Assembly: GCA_964393205.1 (NCBI GenBank) | Contig: CAYMSV010000001.1 | Coordinates: 103,440-167,439, forward strand | DNA: 64,000 nucleotides | Direction: 5' to 3' | Source of the DNA: an uncultured Pseudomonadales bacterium | GTDB taxonomy: Bacteria > Patescibacteriota > Microgenomatia > UBA1400 > PJMF01 | Shown here: in pieces, positions 55,357 to 64,000 of the stretch | Position numbering within the stretch: the first letter of the stretch is position 1 | Layout: each line of letters starts with the position of its first letter | Notes under the pieces: generated by a model | Database searches by the model: none | What the model was told of the DNA's origin: nothing | What the model saw: only the letters and a program-made list of their open reading frames with translations | Made by a program: the position numbers and the translations under genes

Positions 55357-55815
55357 CTACTGATTCAACAATTTCTTCATCTCATTTATTTCTTTGACTT
55401 GTGCCCTAATAATTTCTTCAGATAAATTTTTTACCTCAGGTTCTAAAATACTTGCCTGCTCACTCGTAAGTATGGCAGATGAATGATGAGGGATCATTGC
55501 TTTCATGTATTGATCATCAGATATAAACCACTGATTTCGAAGACCCAAAAAAGAAAAAATAAAAATACTTACGCTTAAAACACTCACTAAGATATTAAGT
55601 TTTGCATCTTTATACATTTTTTTCATAAAGATGAGCATAATTGGTGCCATCGGCGCAGTCATCAAAAAAGCCATATAAGTTCTACTATTACTCAGATAAA
55701 TATGATCAAAGCTGGATACATTCATAAACATTACACTGTACATGGTTACAAAGGAGATACACTGCATTATAAATAAATTTATATAGGGCTTAACTATTTC
55801 TTTTTTATTTATCAT
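55357..55815 (-). CDS. Membrane-anchored DUF305-like protein (MxPHH…AI motif), hypothetical
   Basis: Two N-terminal TM helices; C-terminal …YMKAMIPHHSSAIL… resembles the HH motif of DUF305 four-helix-bundle proteins. Confidence 0.4.
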   Translation of the reverse strand: MINKKEIVKPYINLFIMQCISFVTMYSVMFMNVSSFDHIYLSNSRTYMAFLMTAPMAPIMLIFMKKMYKDAKLNILVSVLSVSIFIFSFLGLRNQWFISDDQYMKAMIPHHSSAILTSEQASILEPEVKNLSEEIIRAQVKEINEMKKLLNQ

Positions 55816-56015
55816 CTTTTCCTTAATTAATTTAAAATTTTCTATTCTACTAATCGTTCTGTAATTATTGTAATATCAATACTATGAGTCACACTAAGTC
55901 TAGTGTAGAGGGTGTTTGTGTGGTTTTTGTAAGGAAATAGTAATACTAAGGCAAATTTTTTATCAAATAGCGATGTAGTAAATTTTTGATTGTGAACTTT
56001 TGAAACCCAATATCT

Positions 56016-57566
56016 ATGATGATTTCAAAAAAAGAATTTATAGAAAAAAAAGACAAACTGATTACTCCGAATACGGATTATCAAGATTATTTAGATAATA
56101 AGTTACGCACTAGCGCTGAAGAAAAAATTAACGATAACATTGAGCGAGCAACTAATTCAATTAATTTCGTTGTTGAAGGGGTGTTACCAGACACTATTCC
56201 CAGTCTTGAGCGAGATCAAAGTTTTTCTTTTAGCACTTTGTTTATTTTAAAAAAATTAGGCTTACTAGATGCTTTAATTAAAACTCAGCCTGGAGATAAA
56301 GAAGAACTACAGATTAAGGATATTAGTGTTGCTATTAATCGTTACTCAAGCATGGGTTTTAGTTTGGCTTTTTTAAACATTGAGGGCTTGGAAGAAAAAA
56401 AAGAAGCCTTACTGCAAGAGTTGAAGAACACTCCTTTTTGGCAACTTTTTGTTGAAACGGCTCAACTCCATTCCCCGGGAGATGAAACTTCTATAAATAC
56501 AAAAAATTTTAGATTTCAAGACGATCTTGTAGCTAACGCAGCGCTTTTTTCTCGTCTTAATATTTTAGAAGGTGTTTGTCGTCCTTACAGTTATCAAACT
56601 GGAGAGTCCCTTGAGGGATTAGCAACAAAGGCTTTACTTGATAGTTGTCGACAACACATGGTTTTAGATGATCAAGGTAAACTAAAATTTATCAATTTTT
56701 CTTTGGATGAGGGAATTAGCCTTAATTTATTACCAAGTAATCAAGAAATTACAGCAGAAAATTTGTTTGATACAGATTGGCAACTACAAATTACGAGCCA
56801 AGTTGAGCAACAAACGATGGAGGTAGCTAATCAAAGTTATCAGTCTCGTTGTGAAGCCTTTATTAAACGACCAACTGGTCAGGTTTTAATTGAAGCACTT
56901 AAGCATGCTAATTTGAAATTTTCTGCTAATTTTGAAAATTTTTTAACGATGAATAGAAGTCCCGCATTCAATGATCGTTATGGGGGTGCTTATACTCATA
57001 TTAGTCGCTTATTAGCCAAGGTTTTGTGGTCCAGAGATTTAAATAAAATGGCAAATATATTTGTTAATGAAAACAATGATAAAGCTAGCTTGGAAGAATT
57101 AAATTTATTGGCTGATTATCCAAATACTGATCACGCTTTTTCTAGTTTACAAAATATCTTGAGACAATTACTCGACAGAGAGGTAGATGATGATACTAGT
57201 GACATTGAAGTCTTATCGACAGCAATTGATGTGAGTGATGGGGCTTGTTTTGATGTTAGTACCTATTATTGTCAGGCTTTGAGGTATGGTCAACTTTATT
57301 TGAAATTGATTAATGGTAAACCATTTTTATTAAAAACTCATGGTGCGAGAACCCTGATTAATTTACGACCAATTTGGTTTAATGGTGTTAATTTACCCAA
57401 AGGTAGTTTGTTTACAATGACTGGTGAAAATGAATTCGCTTTTTTGCGTCTCACTCCATTCATGTTTGATGATCGAGAAGACATGGTCTCTGCTTTTGGC
57501 ACAGAGGTGATTAAAGCTGAAGATAGTGGCGAAGACTTATTGGCAGTAGCTAATTATGACTGGTAA
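56016..57566 (+). CDS. Hypothetical cytoplasmic protein (516 aa), no recognisable domain
   Basis: Long uninterrupted ORF, no signal peptide or TM segment, no motif recognised by eye. Confidence 0.5.
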   Translation: MMISKKEFIEKKDKLITPNTDYQDYLDNKLRTSAEEKINDNIERATNSINFVVEGVLPDTIPSLERDQSFSFSTLFILKKLGLLDALIKTQPGDKEELQIKDISVAINRYSSMGFSLAFLNIEGLEEKKEALLQELKNTPFWQLFVETAQLHSPGDETSINTKNFRFQDDLVANAALFSRLNILEGVCRPYSYQTGESLEGLATKALLDSCRQHMVLDDQGKLKFINFSLDEGISLNLLPSNQEITAENLFDTDWQLQITSQVEQQTMEVANQSYQSRCEAFIKRPTGQVLIEALKHANLKFSANFENFLTMNRSPAFNDRYGGAYTHISRLLAKVLWSRDLNKMANIFVNENNDKASLEELNLLADYPNTDHAFSSLQNILRQLLDREVDDDTSDIEVLSTAIDVSDGACFDVSTYYCQALRYGQLYLKLINGKPFLLKTHGARTLINLRPIWFNGVNLPKGSLFTMTGENEFAFLRLTPFMFDDREDMVSAFGTEVIKAEDSGEDLLAVANYDW

Positions 57567-57620
57567 GTTATGAATTATGTTAAACTATTTCATTATCATT
57601 AATTATTATTAATACTAATT

Positions 57621-58268
57621 ATGAAAACAAAAATCAATAAAATGGACTTTTTAGTTGCTCTTTACATTACCTGTTTAGCTTTAGCTGAAATTATGAGTAT
57701 GAAGACCATTCCTTTGTTCAAAGTTTTTAATTATCAATTAAATGTCAGTGTGGGTATTTTTGTTTTTCCGATTTTATTTGCTATCAATGATGTTATTACT
57801 GAAGTGAAGGGTAAAGAAAGAGCTAAACAATTAGTTTTCAGTAGTTTAATTATGGTGGCTATTATTATGGCTTATTCAATTTTTGTGACTTGGTTGCCCG
57901 AGTCAGCAAGATTTAATGATGGTGAAGCTTATAATCTAATTTTTTCAAGAGCAGCTAGAATTTCTTTTGCTAGCTTAGTGGCCTTTTTGGTCTCGGGTTT
58001 ACTGGATGTAGCCATCTTTCATAGGATCAAAGTTAAAACTAAAGGAAAAATGTTGTGGTTGCGTAGCAATGCCTCTAATTTTATCTCTCAATTGGTAGAT
58101 ACCTTTATTTTTATCAGTATTGCTTTCTACTCTTTTCAATATGGTATAAATTCTAATTTGAGTTTTATTTTTAGCATTGTTATTCCCTATTGGCTACTTA
58201 AGTGTTTTATGTCGGTGGTAGAAACCCCACTTACCTATTGGGGCGTGAAGTGGTTGTCAAAAAAATAA
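57621..58268 (+). CDS. yhhQ: Queuosine-precursor transporter, YhhQ/DUF165 (VUT) family
   Basis: Six TM helices, conserved …GIFVFPILFAINDVITEV… segment typical of YhhQ family; 215 aa. Confidence 0.7.
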   Translation: MKTKINKMDFLVALYITCLALAEIMSMKTIPLFKVFNYQLNVSVGIFVFPILFAINDVITEVKGKERAKQLVFSSLIMVAIIMAYSIFVTWLPESARFNDGEAYNLIFSRAARISFASLVAFLVSGLLDVAIFHRIKVKTKGKMLWLRSNASNFISQLVDTFIFISIAFYSFQYGINSNLSFIFSIVIPYWLLKCFMSVVETPLTYWGVKWLSKK

Positions 58269-58311
58269 AATTATTTGTTTATCAAGAGTTTAGTCTATAT
58301 AATTAAAAAAC

Positions 58312-60132
58312 ATGACTAAAAAAAATTTAAAAATTTTGAAATTAATTAAGACTAAAAAAAATCTTTTAATTTTATTATTTTTAATCTTTTTAGCTAATTT
58401 TGCATTGAAGATTTTTAAAATTAGCTCGATTCCCCCAGGATTGACTTATGATGAGCTTGTTTATGTTGCCGAATCCCAAGTTATTTTAAAACATGGTACT
58501 GATGTGAGTGGTGATTGGCGACCGTGGAGTTTTTCACCTTCTAAACCTCTATATTCTGAATTGACTAGCACGACATTAATTCCAGGTTTTTTGCTTTTTT
58601 CCAACAATCCACTTTTGGCCATTAAAATAGTTCCAGTATTAATGGGTAGCTCAATTCCGGTTTTCTTAGCACTAATTGTTTTTTATTTTTTTAAAAACAA
58701 AACTTATTTGCTCAGTGTTGCTTTGCTTGCTACTCTTAATCCTTGGATTTTTCAATTTTCCAGAATGGGCTTTGATTCTTTGTTTAGTATATTTTTTTAT
58801 TTATTTGGTATAGTTTCTTTATTATATTTAAACAAATGGTGGAAGCTTTTGGCAGCCGCGCCGTTTTTTTGGGGATTTTTCCAATATCAGGGTCATAAAA
58901 TAATTTTGATTCCTTTAGTAGGGCTAGTTTATTTAATGTTTTTTATTGAAGAGTTTGTTAAATATAAGAAGTTTGGGTTTGGCGATAAACTAAAAAAGAT
59001 TTTTATAAAAACCTTACCGACTTTACTAGTCCTCATTTTTATTTTTCTATTAACTACTAACTATTTATTTAGATTAAAAACAATGAATTCAGCGATGAGA
59101 AGTGAAGAGTTTTCTTTAATTAACCAAGAAACATTGGCCAACATGGTTATTGAAAAAAGAAGATTGGCTTTTGATTCTCCTCTAGCAAGAATTTTTGATA
59201 ATAAGCTTACGGCTTACGTAGCTTTGGTTTGTCGGAGTTTACTAAAGTCTTTTGATCCTTATCTACTTTTCCTGAGAGGTGATTTGGTGGTTGATACTTT
59301 TGCAGTAACCGATTATGGTTTTTTTCATCGAATAGATATAGTTTTACTTCTATTATTTTTTGTATTAATTGCTCAATCTGTAAAAAGATTTTCTTTGATT
59401 TTATTTTTCTTTTTGTCTTTTACCCTAATAGGGACTTTTCCCAATCTTATTAAAAATCAGGAGACTTGGATAACTTTTAGAGGTTCTTTTGCTTTTTTGG
59501 GCTTAGTGATGATGAGTGGTATTGGTTTAGGCTCATTGATCAATCAATTAAAAACTAAAAAAGGGAAAGTTTTCTTAATTGTATTTTACTTCTTACTTAC
59601 TTCTTCATTTTTTTATACTTATTTTTTTCGCTATCCAATCACTCAAACTTTAAATAGAGGTTTTTATCATAGATTGTTGGCAAACTATGTAGACAGAAAT
59701 CCTGATAGCAAATTTGTTTTGGTGACTGATTTAACAACTGCCAGCTATGATTACCTGCTAACTTATAATCAATATATTAAAACTGAACCGGAATCAATGA
59801 TTAATCAATTTGCTAATGAAAGTAATAAAAAAATTGATAAGGGAAGGATTAGAATATTTGAAGATTGTCCCGAAAATTTAAATACAACAGTTGATAAAGA
59901 TACAATTCTAATAGTTGATCGCTTAAAAGAACCTTGTGCTTTAGAAAAAAAGCCAACACACAATAGCCAGATAGTTTCATTAATAGACGGCGGCACTCAT
60001 TTTTCTATATATAATGATCAGCTTTGTTCTCAGTTTTCACTTCAATCCTATGTCAACCTTAAACAAAATTATTTAGCCATTGAAAAGTTAGATTTAGAAA
60101 CATTTTGTACTTCTTTTTTGATTAGTCGCTAA
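58312..60132 (+). CDS. GT-C fold membrane glycosyltransferase-like protein (PMT/ArnT-like)
   Basis: Multi-TM N-terminal domain with first-loop motif LTYDELVYVAES (DE motif), C-terminal soluble domain; 606 aa. Confidence 0.45.
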   Translation: MTKKNLKILKLIKTKKNLLILLFLIFLANFALKIFKISSIPPGLTYDELVYVAESQVILKHGTDVSGDWRPWSFSPSKPLYSELTSTTLIPGFLLFSNNPLLAIKIVPVLMGSSIPVFLALIVFYFFKNKTYLLSVALLATLNPWIFQFSRMGFDSLFSIFFYLFGIVSLLYLNKWWKLLAAAPFFWGFFQYQGHKIILIPLVGLVYLMFFIEEFVKYKKFGFGDKLKKIFIKTLPTLLVLIFIFLLTTNYLFRLKTMNSAMRSEEFSLINQETLANMVIEKRRLAFDSPLARIFDNKLTAYVALVCRSLLKSFDPYLLFLRGDLVVDTFAVTDYGFFHRIDIVLLLLFFVLIAQSVKRFSLILFFFLSFTLIGTFPNLIKNQETWITFRGSFAFLGLVMMSGIGLGSLINQLKTKKGKVFLIVFYFLLTSSFFYTYFFRYPITQTLNRGFYHRLLANYVDRNPDSKFVLVTDLTTASYDYLLTYNQYIKTEPESMINQFANESNKKIDKGRIRIFEDCPENLNTTVDKDTILIVDRLKEPCALEKKPTHNSQIVSLIDGGTHFSIYNDQLCSQFSLQSYVNLKQNYLAIEKLDLETFCTSFLISR

Positions 60133-60173
60133 ATTATTTGTTTATCCAGTTTTTAGGTTATATAATCTAAGAA

Positions 60174-60776
60174 ATGAAAAGAAAAAAACTAAGAGTTGGT
60201 TTTGATTTAGATGGGGTTTTACTTTATAACCCAGCTCGAATTGTGCGCCCCATTATTTCTTTAATGAAAAAAAAGAAGGTGTTGATCGATCGTGAGGAGC
60301 TTGAGTTTTATGTTCCCAAACCAGGAGTTGGTCAATTTTTTTGGGAATTACTGCACAAATCTAGTGTGTGGGTGGCTCCAGGTTTTGAGCAAATTGAGCA
60401 GTTAAAGAATCAAAAATTGATAGAGCCTTATTTAATCACTGGGCGCTTTGGTCATTTAAAACAAGATTATTTAAAATGGAAACAGAAAATGAGAGCTGAC
60501 CAACTTTTTCTTAATTGTTATATGAATGACCGAGATGAGCAACCACATCTCTTCAAAGAAAGAATGATTAAGGAATTGAAATTAGATGTTTTTATTGAAG
60601 ATAATTGGGATATTGTTCAATATTTAGATCAAACTTTTAGCCAAAAACAGGACAATCAAGATTTGGTAAAAATTATTTGGTTGAGTAATATCTTAGATTT
60701 CAAAATTAATTATCACGCAAAAGCAAATAATTTAAAACAAGCCCTATCACTTATTAATTTTAGGCGAGAAAACTGA
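60174..60776 (+). CDS. HAD-superfamily hydrolase-like protein
   Basis: Motif I FDLDGVL at N-terminus, motif IV-like FIEDN near C-terminus; 200 aa. Confidence 0.5.
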   Translation: MKRKKLRVGFDLDGVLLYNPARIVRPIISLMKKKKVLIDREELEFYVPKPGVGQFFWELLHKSSVWVAPGFEQIEQLKNQKLIEPYLITGRFGHLKQDYLKWKQKMRADQLFLNCYMNDRDEQPHLFKERMIKELKLDVFIEDNWDIVQYLDQTFSQKQDNQDLVKIIWLSNILDFKINYHAKANNLKQALSLINFRREN

Positions 60777-61924
60777 TGAAAAGGGTCACTATTGTCAGTG
60801 ATTTTTATATTCCTCATTGGACTGGAATTTCTAAATCAATTGCTTATTTAGCTAGAGCAATCAAAGAAGAATTTGCGACAACTGTTTTAACTGTGCAGTT
60901 TAAAAAAAAGCTTCCTTTAGAAGAACAAGAAGCGGGCTTAAAAATAATTCGTCGACCATATCTTTTTTCTTTGAGTCGAGCTAAATTTTCTTTTTCCCTC
61001 ATTTTCTATTTTTTAAAAAATATTAATAAAACAGATATTGTTTTAATTAATTCTCCCTCTATTCATATTTTACCGATTAGTTTAATTGCTAAACTATTTG
61101 GAAAAAAATTGCTAATTTTTCATCAGGGCGATTTAATTTTACCCAAAGGCTTGCTAAATTATTTGATTGAGAAATTTTTTGACTTAGCGAGTCTCATAAG
61201 TTTTTACTTAGCTCAAAAACTGGCGACTTACACCCAAGATTATGCTTTTAATTCTAGACTATTAAAAAAGTTTATTAATAAAACAGTGGCTTTTGTGCCA
61301 CCTCTGCCCTATTTTGTTGAAGATGAGGAACAGAAAAAGGCTGATCCTAAAATTGAAAAAAAATTATTAAAACTCAAAAAAAAGAAAAAGTTTTTAATAG
61401 GTTTTGCCGGTAGATTTACTGAAGAAAAGGGTTTTGATGTTTTATTGAAAGCAGCTACACAGCTCAGTAAAAAAAGAAAGGATTTTGTTCTAATTTTTGC
61501 TGGTGAGACCAATATTGCTTATGAAAAAACTTTTTTAAGAAATAAAGCTCTCGTTGATGGTTTAGAAAATAAACTGATTTTTTTGGGTTTATTAGATGAC
61601 AGTCAATTGAAGGCTTTTTATCAGTTGTTAGATTTATTTATTTTACCCTCTCGTTCAGAATGTTTTGCTTTGGTGCAGGCAGAAGCTATGGCACAAAAAA
61701 CTCCAGTTTTAGTTTCCAATATAGCTGGAGCTAGAGATCCAGTTAGACAAAGCAATTTTGGTTTATTATTTGAGTCAGAAAATTCACATGATTTGGCAAA
61801 AAAAATTGAAGAATATTTGAATGCATCGCAAACTTTTCACAATAAATTTAGAAAAGTTCTGGAATATTTTGATTATAAAAAATCTCAAAAAGCTCTGTTA
61901 GACTTTTTAAATACAGTTAGCTAA
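60776..61924 (+). CDS. Glycosyltransferase family 4 (GT-B, retaining; GT1/GT4 superfamily)
   Basis: EX7E motif region …LPSRSECFALVQAEAMAQKTPVLVSN…; 382 aa; start overlaps stop of the HAD gene. Confidence 0.75.
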   Translation: MKRVTIVSDFYIPHWTGISKSIAYLARAIKEEFATTVLTVQFKKKLPLEEQEAGLKIIRRPYLFSLSRAKFSFSLIFYFLKNINKTDIVLINSPSIHILPISLIAKLFGKKLLIFHQGDLILPKGLLNYLIEKFFDLASLISFYLAQKLATYTQDYAFNSRLLKKFINKTVAFVPPLPYFVEDEEQKKADPKIEKKLLKLKKKKKFLIGFAGRFTEEKGFDVLLKAATQLSKKRKDFVLIFAGETNIAYEKTFLRNKALVDGLENKLIFLGLLDDSQLKAFYQLLDLFILPSRSECFALVQAEAMAQKTPVLVSNIAGARDPVRQSNFGLLFESENSHDLAKKIEEYLNASQTFHNKFRKVLEYFDYKKSQKALLDFLNTVS

Positions 61925-61926
61925 AA

Positions 61927-63663
61927 CTAATTACTTATTCTTTTAAAAATCAGCACCTCTGGATGGTCGTAAACTGTAAAAGCTTCATCGGCCCAAGAAT
62001 CATTAAAACTAATTGGGATACCCAAATATTCTAAACTAGGATGAGATTTAAATTGAGCCACAAGTTTAAAATTGCCTTTGCCGCTCAGTAGGTCTTGATA
62101 AAATTTACTCATTTGTGGATATTTTTCTGGTAATCTTATAATGCTCCCCCAAGCTCGATTTGAAGACAAAATGTAGTAGTCAGCTTTGGATAGAATTGAT
62201 TGCATTTCCAGCCATTTACTCTCGTTATCAGGGCTAAAAACTGCTAACTCTTGGTTCTCATAATATTGAGAATAATCTTTTTTGATTGGTAAAGTATCAT
62301 CCCAATGTTCGGTAATTAATAAATTTCTGCTTGGGATATTTTCATAAATCCACTCAGATGCTTGGATACGAGAATGAGGTTTAATATAAATAGAAATAAA
62401 CATTAGTGGCCAGATGCTTAGTGTAAAGATAAGAATAGTTGTATAAAGTAATTTATTAGCTCTTTCTTTTAAAAAATTACTAACTCCGAATCCAGCAAAA
62501 ATAGCTAAGAATGGATAAACAATTAGATAATATCTAATTGATTGGACAAACTGTTGTGAATAATAAGTTAAAAAACAAAATAACCAAAATAAAACTAAGG
62601 TTAATGCTAATAATTCAGCTTCTAGCTTTGGTTTTTTAAAAGATAAAATAATTTTTTTAATTGAGAGTGTAATCCCTTTGATGGCTAACATACTAGCCAC
62701 TAAGCCGAAGCCGAAAAACACTAAATTTTTTAAACCAAAAAATCTTGAGCGATCTATCCACTGAATAGCTGGTGGAAACCAGACTTCATTCCCCTCTAAA
62801 GATCTAAGTTCTTTTAAGTTGTTTATAAAATTGTTGGCTAAATTAATTTGAAAAAAAGAAGTATTTTCAAAAATATATGGTGAGCTGATACGTAAAGATA
62901 AATAAGTACTAATAAAAAAAATAAAAATTATGCGAAAGATTTTAATTAGGTTTTTTTTATAAGATTGTTTAGCAAATTGTTTTTTTATTGGCCAAAAATA
63001 GCTTAAAGCTAAAAGGCTCAAATTAAGCGGCAAAATGAAGACGCCTGATATTTTGCTGGAAATTGCTAATCCTGAAAAAATTCCACTTGCAATTAGCCAA
63101 CAAAGTTTTCTTTTGAAAAAAAACTGCAAGCTAAAATAAAAACTAGCAAAAACAAATAAATTTAAAAAAGTGTCAGTGGTAAAAAAGTGGGCTTGTTGAA
63201 TTGGTAAAACTGATAAGGCATAAATAAAGATGGCCCAGAACTTAGTGTTGGGATCTATTTTTAGTTTTTTATCTTTTAAGTTTTTTTCCAGTAGTAAAAC
63301 TGTCAAATAAATGATGGGAATGACTAGTAAGTCGGCCAAAGCCGATAATAATCGACCGGTAATAGTAATTTCCTCTAAGGAGTCTTGTTTTAATAAACTA
63401 GTGACTAATTTGTTTAGTGAAGGAGCTAAGTTACCATAAACAAAAAAGCTTCTTTCATGATTTCGGGGGTTGAGTCTAGAAAGCTGTGGGTCAAAATATT
63501 CGCTCAAACTATTTGGGATTTCTAGTTCCTTAATGGTCATATTTAGGAATCTTTCGTCAGGATGTAAGAAATGTCCTTGATCCCAATTAATATTGATTAA
63601 TCTCAAGCTAGCAGCTAGAAATAAGATGAAGATCGGGAGAAGCTTTTTTTTAAATTTTGACAC
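61927..63663 (-). CDS. GT-C fold membrane glycosyltransferase-like protein (ArnT/PMT-like), about 13 TM
   Basis: Polytopic membrane N-domain with first-loop …GHFLHPDERFLNMT… (DE motif) and C-terminal soluble domain; 578 aa. Confidence 0.4.
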   Translation of the reverse strand: MSKFKKKLLPIFILFLAASLRLININWDQGHFLHPDERFLNMTIKELEIPNSLSEYFDPQLSRLNPRNHERSFFVYGNLAPSLNKLVTSLLKQDSLEEITITGRLLSALADLLVIPIIYLTVLLLEKNLKDKKLKIDPNTKFWAIFIYALSVLPIQQAHFFTTDTFLNLFVFASFYFSLQFFFKRKLCWLIASGIFSGLAISSKISGVFILPLNLSLLALSYFWPIKKQFAKQSYKKNLIKIFRIIFIFFISTYLSLRISSPYIFENTSFFQINLANNFINNLKELRSLEGNEVWFPPAIQWIDRSRFFGLKNLVFFGFGLVASMLAIKGITLSIKKIILSFKKPKLEAELLALTLVLFWLFCFLTYYSQQFVQSIRYYLIVYPFLAIFAGFGVSNFLKERANKLLYTTILIFTLSIWPLMFISIYIKPHSRIQASEWIYENIPSRNLLITEHWDDTLPIKKDYSQYYENQELAVFSPDNESKWLEMQSILSKADYYILSSNRAWGSIIRLPEKYPQMSKFYQDLLSGKGNFKLVAQFKSHPSLEYLGIPISFNDSWADEAFTVYDHPEVLIFKRISN

Positions 63664-63728
63664 AACTTAATTATATAATAGCCCGACCCGTAACAGCTCA
63701 AGCAAAATTGTGTTACACTATTCTTACT

Positions 63729-64000
63729 ATGACAGATCAAAGTCAATTTCCCCATCAAGTTACAAAGGTAGATAAACGCTCTTGGTTTAAACGTTTAGGC
63801 AGTTCGCTCAGAGGTGTTTTAACCGGTTTACTGCTTTTTGTTATCGCCTTTCCTATTTTAATTTGGAATGAGGGGCGAAGTATTCAGATTGATCGCAGCT
63901 TACAAGAGGGAGCTAGTGTCGTAGAAAGTACTGAGGTTGATAGTATTAATCCTGAACAAGATGAAAAATTAATCCATTTTATTGGTGAAGCTCGTACTCC
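63729..64000 (+). CDS. Partial ORF (N-terminal 90 aa, runs off window): membrane protein, TMEM43/DUF1625-like N-terminus
   Basis: ATG at 63729; MTDQSQFPHQVTKVDKRSWFKRLGSSLRGVLTGLLLFVIAFPILIWNEGRSI… (TM helix followed by a WNEGR motif). Confidence 0.35.
   Translation, partial: MTDQSQFPHQVTKVDKRSWFKRLGSSLRGVLTGLLLFVIAFPILIWNEGRSIQIDRSLQEGASVVESTEVDSINPEQDEKLIHFIGEART

Noticed and set aside
57567-57620. Possible preQ1 riboswitch upstream of the YhhQ-type transporter
   Set aside because: The 54-nt upstream region is almost pure A/T and lacks the C-rich loop/pseudoknot elements of preQ1-I.
1-64000. CRISPR arrays, transposases, integrases, prophage blocks, 23S/5S rRNA, RNase P/SRP/tmRNA
   Set aside because: No spaced direct repeats, no transposase or integrase-like ORFs, and no ORF-free stretch long enough for 23S or RNase P other than the 16S gene. 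The intergenic regions are short and AT-rich without the conserved motifs I checked by eye (e.g. the 4.5S GGAAGGAAGCAGC).

Overview
This is a compact, AT-rich (about 35% GC), almost entirely coding window from a reduced bacterial genome. Several features point to a Candidate Phyla Radiation (CPR)/Patescibacteria-type organism. These are short, domain-depleted housekeeping proteins, a FemAB-type peptidoglycan enzyme, many GT-C membrane glycosyltransferases, a stand-alone 16S rRNA gene with no 23S within 30 kb, and a 16S that deviates at the 515F primer site.

Contents from left to right:
- Cell envelope and translation genes: class A PBP; O-antigen-ligase-like protein; infC-rpmI-rplT-pheS-pheT on the minus strand; tRNA-Val; trigger factor; a carbamoyltransferase; gap, pyrH, FemAB, pcrA/uvrD, tpiA.
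- A glycosylation neighbourhood: GT-C/PMT-like protein, FAD oxidoreductase, a large DUF2298-like membrane protein, then a SIMPL protein and a PEGA/SH3 membrane protein.
- Heat-shock genes and rRNA: lon and clpB, each preceded by the same CIRCE-variant palindrome, separated by a lone tRNA-Ile(GAT); a stand-alone 16S rRNA gene with a near-consensus promoter and a terminator.
- A six-gene operon (33.7-41.0 kb) of secreted or membrane-anchored proteins with two paralogous pairs. Its architecture is reminiscent of Firmicutes WxL/Csc cell-surface loci. I rate this the best candidate for an undescribed surface or host-attachment system.
- mnmA, then a three-gene module of a DUF1704 (QEGLA) putative metallopeptidase, a RimK-like ATP-grasp ligase and a stand-alone 7TM protein. 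It is suggestive of a ligate/trim peptide-tail modification system.
- A holin-like DUF360 protein and a complete uvrB-uvrA-X-uvrC locus. X is a transglutaminase-like membrane protein whose gene overlaps the GIY-YIG coding part of a shortened uvrC out of frame.
- A methyltransferase, tRNA-Arg and tRNA-His, a 516-aa orphan, a YhhQ-type queuosine-precursor transporter and a second glycosyltransferase cluster.

No CRISPR array, transposase or integrase was seen. Several promoters place the -10 element about 6-8 nt from the start codon, which suggests leaderless mRNAs. Coordinates for regulatory sites were counted by hand and may be off by 1-2 nt.
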